Below, in pieces: positions 1 through 11,399 of a DNA stretch of 64,000 nucleotides. Each line of letters starts with the position of its first letter. Position 1 is the first letter of the stretch. Origin of the DNA: Nemertoderma westbladi (lineage: Eukaryota > Animalia > Xenacoelomorpha); contig JAUCBJ010003590.1 in assembly GCA_032718475.1 (NCBI GenBank), positions 26,230 through 90,229 of the forward strand. Direction: 5' to 3'. Position numbers and translations under genes: made by a program. The notes below the pieces were generated by a model. It searched no databases and had not been told where the DNA came from. It was given only the letters and a program-made list of their open reading frames with translations.

Positions 1-232
1 TCAATACAGGGCAAGTCTGCCTGGCACCTTGAAAGATGAGAATCCTTTACCACGCCCAGTTACACCACTCGTACCATTGGTGGGTCGCTTTCATATGTAG
101 TACAGAATATTGAAGAGACACAGTTAAATAAGATGTTTGAAAAACTACTGTATATGGGTTAAAAAAATGTATTCAGTTAAATTTATTGTTTAATGATTGC
201 ATCTGCTCAATAAATTATCTATCTTTGTACAG

Positions 233-344
233 GTTTGGAATGAGCAGCTAGCGAGCAAAGCGGCGTCATTGGCGGACAGTTGTAAATTCGCGCACGTCAC
301 ACATACGTATAATGGGAATTCAGTTGGACAAAATTTATACGCCT
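233..344 (+). CDS. CAP/SCP (PR-1/CRISP-like) gene, internal coding exon (earlier exons lie upstream of the window)
   Basis: Acceptor tttgtacag|233 and donor 344|gtaagt. Translates VWNEQLASKAASLADSCKFAH...NSVGQNLYA, matching CAP motifs W..LA..A...A..C.F.H and G(E/Q)NL. The phase-1 end (t) joins gt of the next exon to give Cys. Confidence 0.85.
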
Positions 345-453
345 GTAAGTCCGAAATTAAGTACCGGTATCAAGTCAAATGGATAGTGTAAGATTGTGAC
401 AACTCAAAAATGGTGACAACACTCAGCGACAGTAAAAAATAACCCACCTTTAC

Positions 454-1247
454 GGATAGTTATAAAACCCGAAAATTATCCCCCGCGAAATTATCAACGA
501 AAATATCGAAATTATAAAACAATCTTCAAAATCTCGCCTTCCAGTGAGATCGGTTTTATTAGAAGGCACACTTCACATTTTTTAATTCATAAAATACGAT
601 AATTTCGCACCATTTTCGCCCTTAAAAGTAATTTAATATCAAATACTGTCTGCTGGTTGGTTGTTGGGTGTTGGTGACCAATGGCGGCTTCGTTGAATCA
701 ATTCAGCATCAGCTGATCAGTGTTCCAGTGTATGACAAGCATGGTACATCCTGAAGGTGTAAAGAAACCGGTCCGGTCAGCCGGTACCCTAACCCAACAC
801 TGCACAGGGGCCCTACCCATTACGGCATACGGTAGGCCTACCTCCGGGTAACATGTGTACACTGTACAGTGACTGCCAGGCAAGTGGCGCATGTGAACAG
901 GCTGACTGATGATCGTAACTAAACAGAACTGCAGTGCAGCAGTCGCAATGCTGTAGGCCCACACTCTTGACTGTGCTGTCCTAATTTGAGCGCCATCTTG
1001 TGGTGTTTTGCCATCATTGGAATACCCTTAAAAACCAATCAGTAGAGACAGTGTATTTGGTATTAAATTACTTTTAGGGTCGAAAATGGGGCGAAATTAT
1101 CGGATTTCATTAATTAAAAAATGTAAAGTGTGACTTCTAATAATACCGATCTTACTGGAAAGTAAGATTTTATTCAAAGTTGTATAATTTCGACACTTCC
1201 GTTAATAATTTCGTCTTTTTCGTTATTTTCGGGTTTTATAACTATCC
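454..1247. mobile_element. Non-autonomous Mutator/MULE-like foldback element (MITE) in the CAP intron
   Basis: ~200-bp imperfect terminal inverted repeats, GGATAGTTATAAAACCCGAAAA (454) and TTTTCGGGTTTTATAACTATCC (1247). Flanked by a 9-bp direct repeat with one mismatch: cacctttac (445-453) / cacctgtac (1248-1256). Confidence 0.75.
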
Positions 1248-1713
1248 CACCTGTACCACCTTAGTTAAAAATGGCCACATTCACAGACATTGTGAAAGTT
1301 TGGTGACAAGGACAACATTGAAATATCCGTGACAACATCCTGACAACATACAGTAGTATTGCAGTTATGTAGTTTAGTTATCCGGTATCAGCATAGTGAA
1401 TAGTTTAAGCGCTTTTAGCATACGGGTAACCCCTGAGTGGGTTTGTTATTACTGTAAGTACATATTAGTCAAGTACGTAGTTCCTATATTATTAAAACAA
1501 AATGCATAGTTTTGAAAAAACAAGTCGAACCGTTTGAGAAATCCATTGCAAAGCTGTATAAGATAAGTCGGTGATTACACAGTGTTACACACACCAGTAC
1601 CGGTAATTGTACTGTAACATACAAAATTGGCTCTATTTTCCTACCTTTACTATTTTTACCTTCATTTATGATTTACTAAAATAATCGAATATTGTGTTTT
1701 TGTTATTCTGAAG

Positions 1714-1850
1714 GTTGGGGATCGAATAAGGGCCCATGCCTCCACGATGGAGCGGAGCCAGTGAATGATTGGTACAATGAGGTTGCACTGATGGAACGCT
1801 GGGAGAAACTCAATGAAATCAACTGGATGCCTATTGGACACTTCACACAG
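1714..1850 (+). CDS. CAP/SCP gene, penultimate coding exon
   Basis: Acceptor ttctgaag|1714 and donor 1850|gtatac. Encodes (C)WGSNKGPCLHDGAEPVNDWYNEV...WMPIGHFTQ; W(Y)NE and GHFTQ are CAP signature motifs. Confidence 0.88.
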
Positions 1851-2016
1851 GTATACTCAAACAACTAATATCCTATTGGACATTTCAAACAGGTAATCCC
1901 AAACAACTAAGACCTGGTTTCCTATTGGACACTTCACACAGATAATCTCTAAGAATAATATTAACTGGTATCCTGTTAGATAATTAATAATAACTGGTAT
2001 CCTTCACTCAGGCAAT
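1830..2016 (+). repeat. ~40-50-bp degenerate minisatellite derived from the exon end and splice donor
   Basis: cctattggacacttcacacag(g/a)ta recurs at ~1830, ~1872 and ~1921, with degraded copies at ~1995-2016 and after the BEL element at ~14150-14180. Confidence 0.7.
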
Positions 2017-3153
2017 TGTAAAGGCTTTTGCGTAATTAGCCGGTTATTTTCCCCGTAAAGTACTCTGTAGTTGGTTTAACCGGCATAAAAGGCCGTGTCC
2101 TTACTGTATTGTTGTTTTAGAGGACATAAAAGCCATTCCTTCCGTATGTGTACTTTAGCGGACATGATTAGCAATTCTATGACGCAATAAGCCGGATCCT
2201 CTTGAAACAGTGTAGATACCATGACGACGGCTAACAGCTGATATTGCCACGTAGAACATCTCTTTGTTCTTTGTTCTCTCTTTGTTCGGTCGACCAATCA
2301 GAGCGTTTTTTGCCTCTTTGTTGGAGATGGTGTATAGAAACTAGGGAAGTGAGTCAGTATGTGATTTTTCCACAGCCTACAACACCGGCGTGGAACCTCC
2401 GTGTTTCAGTCTTTAGTTCAACATTAGTAGGCTTAATTATAGAACGTATATCCGTTATCTATCCATAACTTAATCATTCATACCTTAACATTACTGCTTT
2501 TGCTGTCGGTTATTCATTATATTTGTTGATGGAACATTATATTCAGAATACTGATAAACAATCAGACACCCCAATCTTCTTGATATACTAAAGGTTAGAG
2601 AGACTGGATACATATAATGATTGCGACTTACATTGAGTGGTTTGAAGTGAATCTAATGCTATTTTATAGGCCCTACATGTATTGTCTGTTATTCTCTTTG
2701 TATGTGACTAAAATTAGTAAAGGTCGGCAGATTGGTGTACAGCATTGTGCAGCATTGTGTATGATTGTGATTGATAACGAAGCATCTCCTAAAGAATGCG
2801 CCATATACGTGAATCTATAGCCATCCCGTTGCGTCTGGTTTAAGTCATAACTCTGTTTATATATTTAGAGCGCCACGTCCTAAAGGAACTGTTAATATTT
2901 CCCGAAAGTGAATAATATTGTCAGAGATTATATATATTAAGATCAGTCGAATAATACAGTAGGTCTATCCCGCAATACGATTAGGCTTCCGAATCCAGTC
3001 TCCCTGGTATATCCAGCGGGTGAATGATCGCGCATAGACTGGTTTCGGCTAATGTAGTGTATCAAATATTTGTCGTAGGCTAAAGACGATCTATTATCTA
3101 GAAGACATCCCAATTTGGCAGGTTAAACTGCTAAAGGTCTGAAAGCGCGAACA
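2017..3153 (+). repeat. BEL-1 5' LTR (1137 bp)
   Basis: tgtaaaggc...gcgcgaaca. About a dozen substitutions and one 10-bp indel versus the 3' LTR (hand count, ~99%). CCAAT (2294), TATA-like tatagaaa (2333) and TCAGT initiator-like sites (2354, 2406). Confidence 0.95.
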
Positions 3154-3166
3154 ATAACGGATATAC
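3154..3166 (+). promoter_or_regulatory. Non-tRNA primer-binding site, complementary to LTR positions 2446-2458 (putative self-priming)
   Basis: ATAACGGATATAC directly follows the LTR-terminal CA, has no TGG, and is the exact reverse complement of GTATATCCGTTAT (2446-2458; also 13436-13448). Confidence 0.7.
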
Positions 3167-3511
3167 CGTCTAATTGCAGGGTAGGCAATAAATACAGTTT
3201 AATATTGTTCTGGTAAGAACAATAACGGATAAAGCTTCTGTATTGCAGTAGGCAATAAAGCTGAAGTTGGAAGTACCGGCCAACCGGTACCCAGTAGGCC
3301 TGACTACCTAACCACCCGGACCGGTACCTACAGCAGTACAGGTACGGCAGTATTATTCGATTTTGATTATTATATACCAGTAGGTCTTAATAATTAATCG
3401 GGGACGCCTGGTTTTTATTGGGATTTTACTTAGGCCTATTTCTGTCAGTTTTATTTATTTGTAGGCCAGTATTGAGCAGAAGGCGTGTAAGCCTGCTCAG
3501 ATTGTACAGAC

Positions 3512-4078
3512 AATTTGTAGGCTTGACTGTTGTCTAACTGTTGTTCAGTCTGAACGGATTGCAGTGTGTGTAGAGCATCTGTCCGATAAAGTGCTAGTTA
3601 GGAACGTAGGGGCTTCAAGTGCTGTGAGGTAAACCCCCTTTGAAAGAATAAGTCGTACTACTAGGTTAGAACGCATACTAACTAATCATTTCGGAGTCTG
3701 CATATACTGTAGTTTATTTAGGCTGGATATTAGTCTGCCATCGTTTGGTCTGTACTTTGTTTGTGTAGTCTGTACAGGTAGCGTATAATTCTTATTTAGA
3801 TAATTTGTAGGCTGGATAGTTGTCTGGCTGTTGTTAAGTCTGAGGAAATTTCGGTGTGTGTAGAGTGTATGTCCGATAAAGTGCCAGTTGGGAACGTAGG
3901 GGCTTCCAGTGCTGTGAGGTAAACCCCCTCTGAAAGAATAAGTCGTACTACTAGGTTAGAACGCATACTAACTAACCATTTCGGAGTCTGCATATACCGT
4001 GGTTTGTTTAGGCTTGATAGTAGTCTGTCAGTATTTGGTCTGCATTTTGTTTGAGTAGTCTGTACGCGTAGCGTAATA
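3512..4078 (+). repeat. ~290-bp tandem duplication in the BEL-1 5' leader
   Basis: aatttgtaggct...gtccgataaagtg...gaaagaataagtcgtactactaggttagaacgcatactaac starts at 3512 and again at 3802. Confidence 0.85.
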
Positions 4079-5029
4079 TTTATTATTCAGAGTTTATGCG
4101 ATTATTCGCAACATTCATATCCCCAAGTTTATTCCTACAGTAATTGTGCTTGTTATACATACCGTTATAGTTAAACTAACCCCGGTACTAGATCAGGGCT
4201 GCTTGGCGTAGGTAAAGACTGGAGATTTTGTGCTTTGGTCACTCCGGCAGATACCGTGGTTCTTTTAGCTGTTCAAGTATTTTAACTACTGATTATTTGT
4301 TGTACAAGTACTTGTACCTAATTTAGGGTTTAGTGTACAGTGCTTTCCGAAGGTAATTAGTGTAGGCAGTATATTTGTGTTGTAAAGTGGTTAATAGGCA
4401 CGTTGGTTCTGGTAGACCGCGGTAATTAACTTCTGGGTAGGAACACTCCGTGATACATAACGTAGTACTTATAGCGATACGGCTATAAGTCGTCAGACGG
4501 TGGTATTTTCCTATCTGGACAACGCAGTATATTTACTACTACTTATTATTTTCAAATACCGTAGTAACCTGTCCGTTGTAATAACCAGATATTCTAACCC
4601 TTTGTTAGGCTGGTTAGTAGACTTCTTGTAAAATTACCCTAAAAATTCGTACTTGTAATTTTTGTGTTTATTTAGAGATTGTAATCTCACCCCGAATTGT
4701 ACGTAATTTGTAGTAATAAGTAACTTAGGTAAATTAGAATTATTTGTTTTAGTGTCCAACAAGTAGCACTTCACTGAGAGCGCACAGCTTCGGTGTAGTG
4801 ACTCCCCCAGAAATAATAACATTTATTTCAAATATTGACAAAACCCATTTTAACGGGTATATATATTATAAATCAACTTAAAAACGATTTATAAAATAGT
4901 AGGCCTGCCATACAACAATTAGGTCTCAATATCAGTTGGACTACTGCTTAAATAACGGTAATAAAGTAAGTTAAAGTAACCAAGTAACCCTTAAAATTCA
5001 GAAATTCAATTATTCTAAAATAATTGACA

Positions 5030-5420
5030 TACCGGTATTTACAATAGGCTTATTATATTTATTTCTATAAATTTTCGGCTGAAATTATACCGGTATTCTG
5101 TAATTAATTCTAGTCTGTAATTATACTTATATATATACATTATAAGTGTAAGCTGTATACCGGTATTCACGATAGGCCTATTATATATATATAAATTTTG
5201 GCTGAAATTATACCGGTATTCTGTAATTAATTCTAGTTCATACTTATACTTATATATACTATAAGTGTAAGCTGCATACCGGTATTCACGATAGGCCTAT
5301 TATATATTTAGATATACTTGTGCTAAAATTACCTACCGGTATTCTGTGACAAACCTAGTCTGTAATAATACTTATATACTATAAGCATACCGGTATTCTA
5401 ATATATTGTATATATATCAC
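5030..5420 (+). repeat. ~120-bp AT-rich tandem repeats with an ataccggtattc core in the BEL-1 leader
   Basis: Repeated taccggtattc(tg/ac) and aaattttggctgaaattataccggtattctgtaattaattctag blocks. Confidence 0.75.
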
Positions 5421-5532
5421 GTTACCTAGAGTGAAGATATCGGTAATTAATTACTAGGCTAACGGTGATACTGAATTACTAGACTTGTTTAAACTGTAAT
5501 ATAGCGGTAGGCATTCAACTGTACAACCAAAC

Positions 5533-8500
5533 ATGTCTGACTCACAACAAACACTGTCAGATAGTCTCATAGAGGGTGTTAGAATGAGTATTAGACTTAG
5601 ACAGCGTCTTAAAAGGATCTGTGACCAAGATCAAAGTATAGAACATCCCAGACCAAAGTCTAAGTCCCCTCCTATTGTAAGAAAGGCCATCCCTACAGTA
5701 GTAGTATCAGACCCTAGGCTAATTCAAGACCATAGGTCTGTTATAGGCACTCGGATCCAAGTCAAGCGGGATCAAGAAGCAGCTGTCAAACAGCAGCAAC
5801 ATCCTAGCCAAGAACCTAGTTTTCAGCGGCCCGATAGCTCCAGTAGTTCGGATACTGTTGAGCGGACGCCCGAACGCGGAGCGAAGATGGCGGATACGGT
5901 TTATGATGAGCGGCCAACCTATGAAGAATCAACCGACGCCACTTTTTCTCAAGAAGAAAGCGAAGTGACAGCGGGGGGGCCGCAAAAGAGAGATGCTATT
6001 GATATTTATCTGTCAGACTATCAGCGATTCCTGGGAGACGAAGAGTTGAGGAGATGACTGTCTGGACTTCGCCCTAATAGTGAAGGAAACAAGCTTGTGT
6101 TGGACGCCATCGATGTGGATATGAGAGCTGCGAACCAAGCTAAATTTGATGAAAGCATCCGCCTCACTAAGGTTCAAGAAGAACAAGTAAAGAAAAAACG
6201 TATAGAAGACAGAAAGATAGCAGCAGCGGCAGTGGCAGAAGCAGAAAGAAAGGCAGCAGTGGCAGAGGCAGAAAGAAAAGCGGCCTTGGCAGCTACAGTG
6301 GCAGAGGCAGAAAGAAAAGCAGCCTTGGCAGCTACAGTGGCAGAAGCAGAAAGAAAAGCGGCTTTGGCAGCTGCAGTGGCAGAAGCAGAAAGAAAAGCGG
6401 CTATGGCAGCTGCAGTGGCAGAAGCAGAACGAAAGGCGTCTGAGGAGACTGCCCAACTAGAGTTGGAAAATCTTCAAGAGAGGCAAGACAACTTTAATAA
6501 ACAGTTAACAGCTAGTAATATGCAGATGATGAATCGATCTACTCCCAAAAGGCAAGGTTATACATCATCTGAGGAAGGCGATACCACAGATCATGAAGGC
6601 GGAGGAAATCGATCTCGCCTAAGCAGACGTAAAAGAATGTCCCACCGTCAGAAATTGCCTGATTTGCCCCCAGCTGTTCGAAGGCAACTAAATAACACAA
6701 ATTTAGGTAGTACAGAACCCACAGACCAAATAATTAAAATAGAAAGACTCCCTACTATAGTAGATGAGCCTGAAATAATTAGGCCTGTTCTTGAAATCAC
6801 CCCTTCGGTGATAGAGACACCTGTACTCCCGGAACCTACCTTTAAATTCCCTTTACACAGCACCAAATTATCTGTGCCTAGAGGAACAGCCCCTGAAACA
6901 GTGTCGGTCCTGGACTCCGAGCGAAATATAAAGGATATATCGCCCGTAGTCCCTCGTCTGCCCGCTACGACGTTGACGGATCCCGCTTCGGCGGTTGATT
7001 GGGTAGACGAGAGACGGCGGGGGATGGATATTCTCCTCGGAAAGATGGAGGAGAATCGAGTGCGTTCCTCCCAACAGGTCCGAGAGTTAGAAGGGACTGT
7101 TCAACAGTTAAAGGGAACTGTAAAGGAAAGTAGGTTAGAGTTGCAAGAAGTGCAGCAAAGTATCGCGCTAGAACGCGATAAATTAGTAAATTTACAAAAG
7201 GGTATACCACCACCCCCGGTAACAATGTGTCAACCTGTTAGGTCTGAAGTATCTCATGCGCAAGGTGTGGAGCCTACACGCATATATACTGCTAGCGAAG
7301 TAGAAACTCCTATAGTGAACCCTATTAAGGGTAATTATAGACCTGTTGATAATGATATTCCCTATAATCCGAGAAATTTATATACCGATAACTCGATATT
7401 GAATAACACGATGGCCCAAGAAAGTTTTACGCGTCAAATGGCTAGAACCGAAGCCCGGCAAGCGGTAAAGGTGGGAGAGATCGTCAAGTTCAATGGAGAT
7501 GAGATGAAATGGTTACCTTTTAATGAATATTACAAAGATAACATACAGAACTCTGTACTATCTAATGGAGAGAAACTTAGATTCCTCATCGAGTGCTTGG
7601 AAGGATCTCCCAAGTTAATGGCGTTAAAGTTTATTGGACATCCAGATGGATTAAGACAAGTTTGGGATACACTAAACATCAGGTATGGTAATAGGAATAA
7701 CATAGCTGGGTATTTGTATGCAAAGTTGGTAGCGCCCCGAAAGTTTATTAGCACCGGGATTATAGAGTTTTCCGATGAGATTCAGGAGATCTGTCGACAA
7801 TTAGATTGGCTAGGTAAGTCTCATGAGTATCAGAGTGCTATGGTTATTAGAGCAGTGGCTTCTACTTTACCGAAGGGTGGAGTAGGTACACGCTGGGACA
7901 AGAAAGTGTTATATATGATGGAACAACAACAACGAGACCCTACCATGGCTGATCTCATGTCATTCTTGGATGGCGAAGTGAAATTACAGCTCATAAAGCA
8001 GTCCAGAGAGAAGACATTGGAAAGTAAGGTAAGTGAGAAACCCGTTTCTAGGAGAAAGGTAACACCAGTGTGTTATACAGACGACGGCGAAAGCCAGACT
8101 TCTCAAGGAGAGGATAGCGGGAAGGACACTGAAAGATCTTATTATGTCAATAAAATGCCTAAAGAACAGGTAAGTAAATTCAAGTCTCGAACCAATGACA
8201 GGAGAGAACAGGTAAGAAAAACTCCTCCTACGTCTCATAAGAGAATTCAGGTGAGAAAGCCCGAAGAAAGAACGAGTGTGCACAATGTTATTCAAAATAA
8301 GGTAAGTAACATCAAACCAAAATGTGTGCTGTGTGACGGGCCCCACCGTTTGAATATGTGTGATAAATTCCTAAAGAAATCATTAAAGGATAGACGTGAA
8401 GTCATGTGGGATAAGCGGTTGTGTTATAATTGCCTCAGACGAGGACACCAACGGCGAACCTGTTACTCCGACGCAAGGTGTGCAAAGTGCGGCGCAAAAC

Positions 8501-9753
8501 ATCACATCTTGTTGCACACAGAATTCGAACGAAACAGCCCGAGTCAGGTAAGTGAGTCCGAACTACATGTCCAATTCAGTGATGTGAACGACACTGACCA
8601 ATATTCTGAGATGGAAGGATTCTATACGGACGAATTCTCCGACGAAAACGAATCCTGTTACCTGACAAATACCGCAGTGTATCGAGCACTTACGTATGAA
8701 AAGGACACCGACAGCGAGCTCCCCCTAACTACTTCTGACAGACAACCATCTTGGAAAGCACCAACTTCCAATGTAGGAATCCGAGAATTTCCTGTAGTAC
8801 AGTTAAGGGTCCACGGACCTACAAGGAGTTATATAGTGAACGCCCTCCTTGACTCCGGTAGCACAGGAACATTCATCGACAAAGAACTAGCCGAAGATAT
8901 CTTTGCTGGACAACCCAAGTTCCGAACTAAGCTAAACATGTCAGGAATTATGCAGGTTTGGAAATCTACCGTAATAGCGGATTATTATGTAGGCGCGTTG
9001 TCCACCCCCCAGGATGAACTAGGAGAACACAGCATAAGGTCAGTAAAAATGGTAGCGATAAAGAACTTCGCGACCAGCCAAGTGGAACCTTATAACTGGG
9101 ATGAGGACGATTTCACCCAGCAGTTTGAAATACCTAGATTCAACACCGATTACCCTGGAGTCCAAATACTCATCGGTCAAAATGCGCATGAAGCGCTCGA
9201 GACATTGGAGAAATGGCCTGCTCAACCGCAACCACTACAAGTCTATGCGGGAAGAACTAGAGTAGGTTGATACTTTACTGGCCCTTCTCGTAGAACTCTT
9301 ATGGAGAGATTACCAAAAGAACAGGTATATCAATTAAGTGAACGGGAAGTGGAGAGCAGTGAAGTTGACGACCCAACTGAGGGAACACCATACTCCTCAG
9401 ATAATGACGACATCGACTCCAATGTAGATCAATGGAGACATTGCCCCGAGACGATCAATCTAGCCGACATCGCTTCCAGGGGAGCAACTCCTCAAGAACT
9501 GGTAGATACTCCAGACCGGTTAGGTGGACCCGACTTCCTAAGTAAAGAAGATGAATGGCCTCCTCATCTTACCCCGGTGAAGATTAGACAGGCCAAGGGA
9601 GCGGAGAAAGTAACACAACCACTCAATCACCCAGCTGGTCGTTTATGTTTACTGGAAAGAGACCAAAAACTGTCCGGAAACTATGGAAGGCAAGATACTC
9701 TTCCCACGACCACCTCCCTAATCCAACAAATATCTAGGGACTCCATAACGTAA
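5533..9753 (+). pseudogene. BEL-1 gag-protease polyprotein fused in frame to RNase H and integrase tails; two in-frame TGA stops
   Basis: ORFs 5533-6057, 6097-9270 and 9301-9753 share one frame. BEL gag core (FNGDEMKW..F, KLRFL..CL.G), knuckles CVLCDGPH..NMC, CYNCLRRGH...TC and CAKCGAKHH.LLH, protease ALLDSGS, TRVG*YFTGP (= T.LGW..GP), RNase H end WRHCP..NLADIASRG...GPDFL...WP, integrase end HPAGRLCLLE. No RT motifs. Confidence 0.88.
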
Positions 9754-10303
9754 CAACATACGGAGTGGGTGTGTGACTATATTATTTTATATTTATTTTT
9801 ATTCTTTTATATTTATGTATGTATTATTATGTAATTTTATTATAATCGTTTTATTTAATTTTATTTAGTAGCATGTTATTTTAGCGATTATTTAGTAGAT
9901 TAGTGCAATATATTTGCGTTTATTACGTAATTACTTATATTATATATTTAGTGCGACGGCGAGAAACAATTCTTTTTCTCTTTCCTTGCTGCCCGTATTA
10001 CATTACGAATACGTAACTACAGTAAGATGAAATGTCCGTACTTATTAAAGTACAATAAAGCCACTACTATATTCAAGTATTATTGGTAGGCAGAGTATTA
10101 GGAATGCAAAGTTCAGATCCTCGTGTCTCGGCTAAACCAAGCTCTGGGTAGACCTTGGAAACGACTTGCCTCTTCAAACTGACATTGCTTCGTGCGATAT
10201 TGCTTTCATACCGTATATTAAATAATACATATAGTAGCGTGATGTCCTTTTAACAGTAGCGTATAACGCAAAATAAATCTGTTAAACCCTTTGACCATCT
10301 GTA

Positions 10304-10568
10304 ATTCTAGTCTATTAAGATATCGCGGCACCCACCGATATACTTGAAAGACAAAATTCTAGAATCAGTGGTTAACGTCCCCAGACAAGTTCTGGAATAA
10401 ACTGGTGCCCATCCTAAATATTAATTATTAATATTTACAAAATCTGTCAAATTTTAGATCCTTTAAAATTCTAGTCGATTAAGGTATCGTAGCACTTACC
10501 GATACTCTTAAAAAGACAAAATTCCTAGAATCTAGGATCCCAGTCCCCAGACACGTTCTGGAATAAAG
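10304..10568 (+). repeat. ~164-bp tandem duplication in the BEL-1 3' non-coding region
   Basis: attctagtc.attaag.tatcg..gcac..accgata...aagacaaaatt...ccccagaca.gttctggaataaa at ~10304 and ~10468. Confidence 0.75.
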
Positions 10569-11399
10569 TTACGTCTATTTAACATTAAATAATAAAATTT
10601 ACGGGAATAAATTTAAATTCATATATTTCAATGAATTTAATAAATTGTTATTTTTATACAATTTATAACATTCCCAAAATTCCATTAATTAATAGATCAC
10701 GGGAGCGGAGATTCACTCTATTAAGCGTATTTGTGTGTGAGAATCTCCAATATATAGTCAATAGCCGATAAAATTCATAAAATCATATATAGAGAGGATA
10801 TTGACAATTAACGAATTACTATTAAATAGCATCCCAGATCTGTATGCATGAGAATTACCCTAATTCTACCGCTAGCTTTTCATAATGTCACCATGGCAAC
10901 AACCACGCTAGAATTAGAAGTGAGTTAAAAGAACAATAGAAAGCTTGCCCCATTGAATAGCATAGTGAATAAATAGCGCACTGCTAGTATCCAAGGATAC
11001 ATAATAACAACGTGACATTCTGGAAGGCACTGACTAACGGACAAATGACCCGAATGTGTGATAGAATGTGTACCATTTGTGACAGTTACGTGGAATTTGT
11101 GCGTTTGTAGGTGAATGTTACTACTAAGGTGCGTTTACAGTAGCGAGTCGCAATTGTGAAAGTAACCCTAACTCTCCAGTAAGAACCTGAAGTACATCTA
11201 AGCCTTTGGGACGGACAGTGGAGTGACTTGTGCCGGTTATCGTTGTCGTTGTGTAGCTACATCATTGGCGAAAGCACAGCGACGACGGTACATCGGCGCT
11301 GAGGATCTTGCACTGTCCGGGGGCAGAGAGGGGTAGGCAGCGACGCCCGCTCACCTAAATATAAACTCATTATAATATGGATAAACTTATATAGCAGAT

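Noticed and set aside
2076-2468. Short ORFs duplicated at 13066-13458, and those at 41560-42130 / 42987-43609
   Set aside because: Incidental ORFs in LTR or duplicated non-coding DNA with no protein motifs.
6013-6456. Cys/His-rich antisense ORF (FCFCHCSC repeats) as a metallothionein-like gene
   Set aside because: It is the reverse frame of the gag AEAERKA repeat; the same applies to 14966-15184 opposite the CAP Ser-Gly tail.
6055-9270. Programmed readthrough of the two in-frame TGAs in BEL-1 gag-PR
   Set aside because: Simpler as point mutations: CGA>TGA in an Arg run, and TGG>TGA at the conserved Trp of the LGW motif. Two stops in 4.2 kb fit the LTR divergence.
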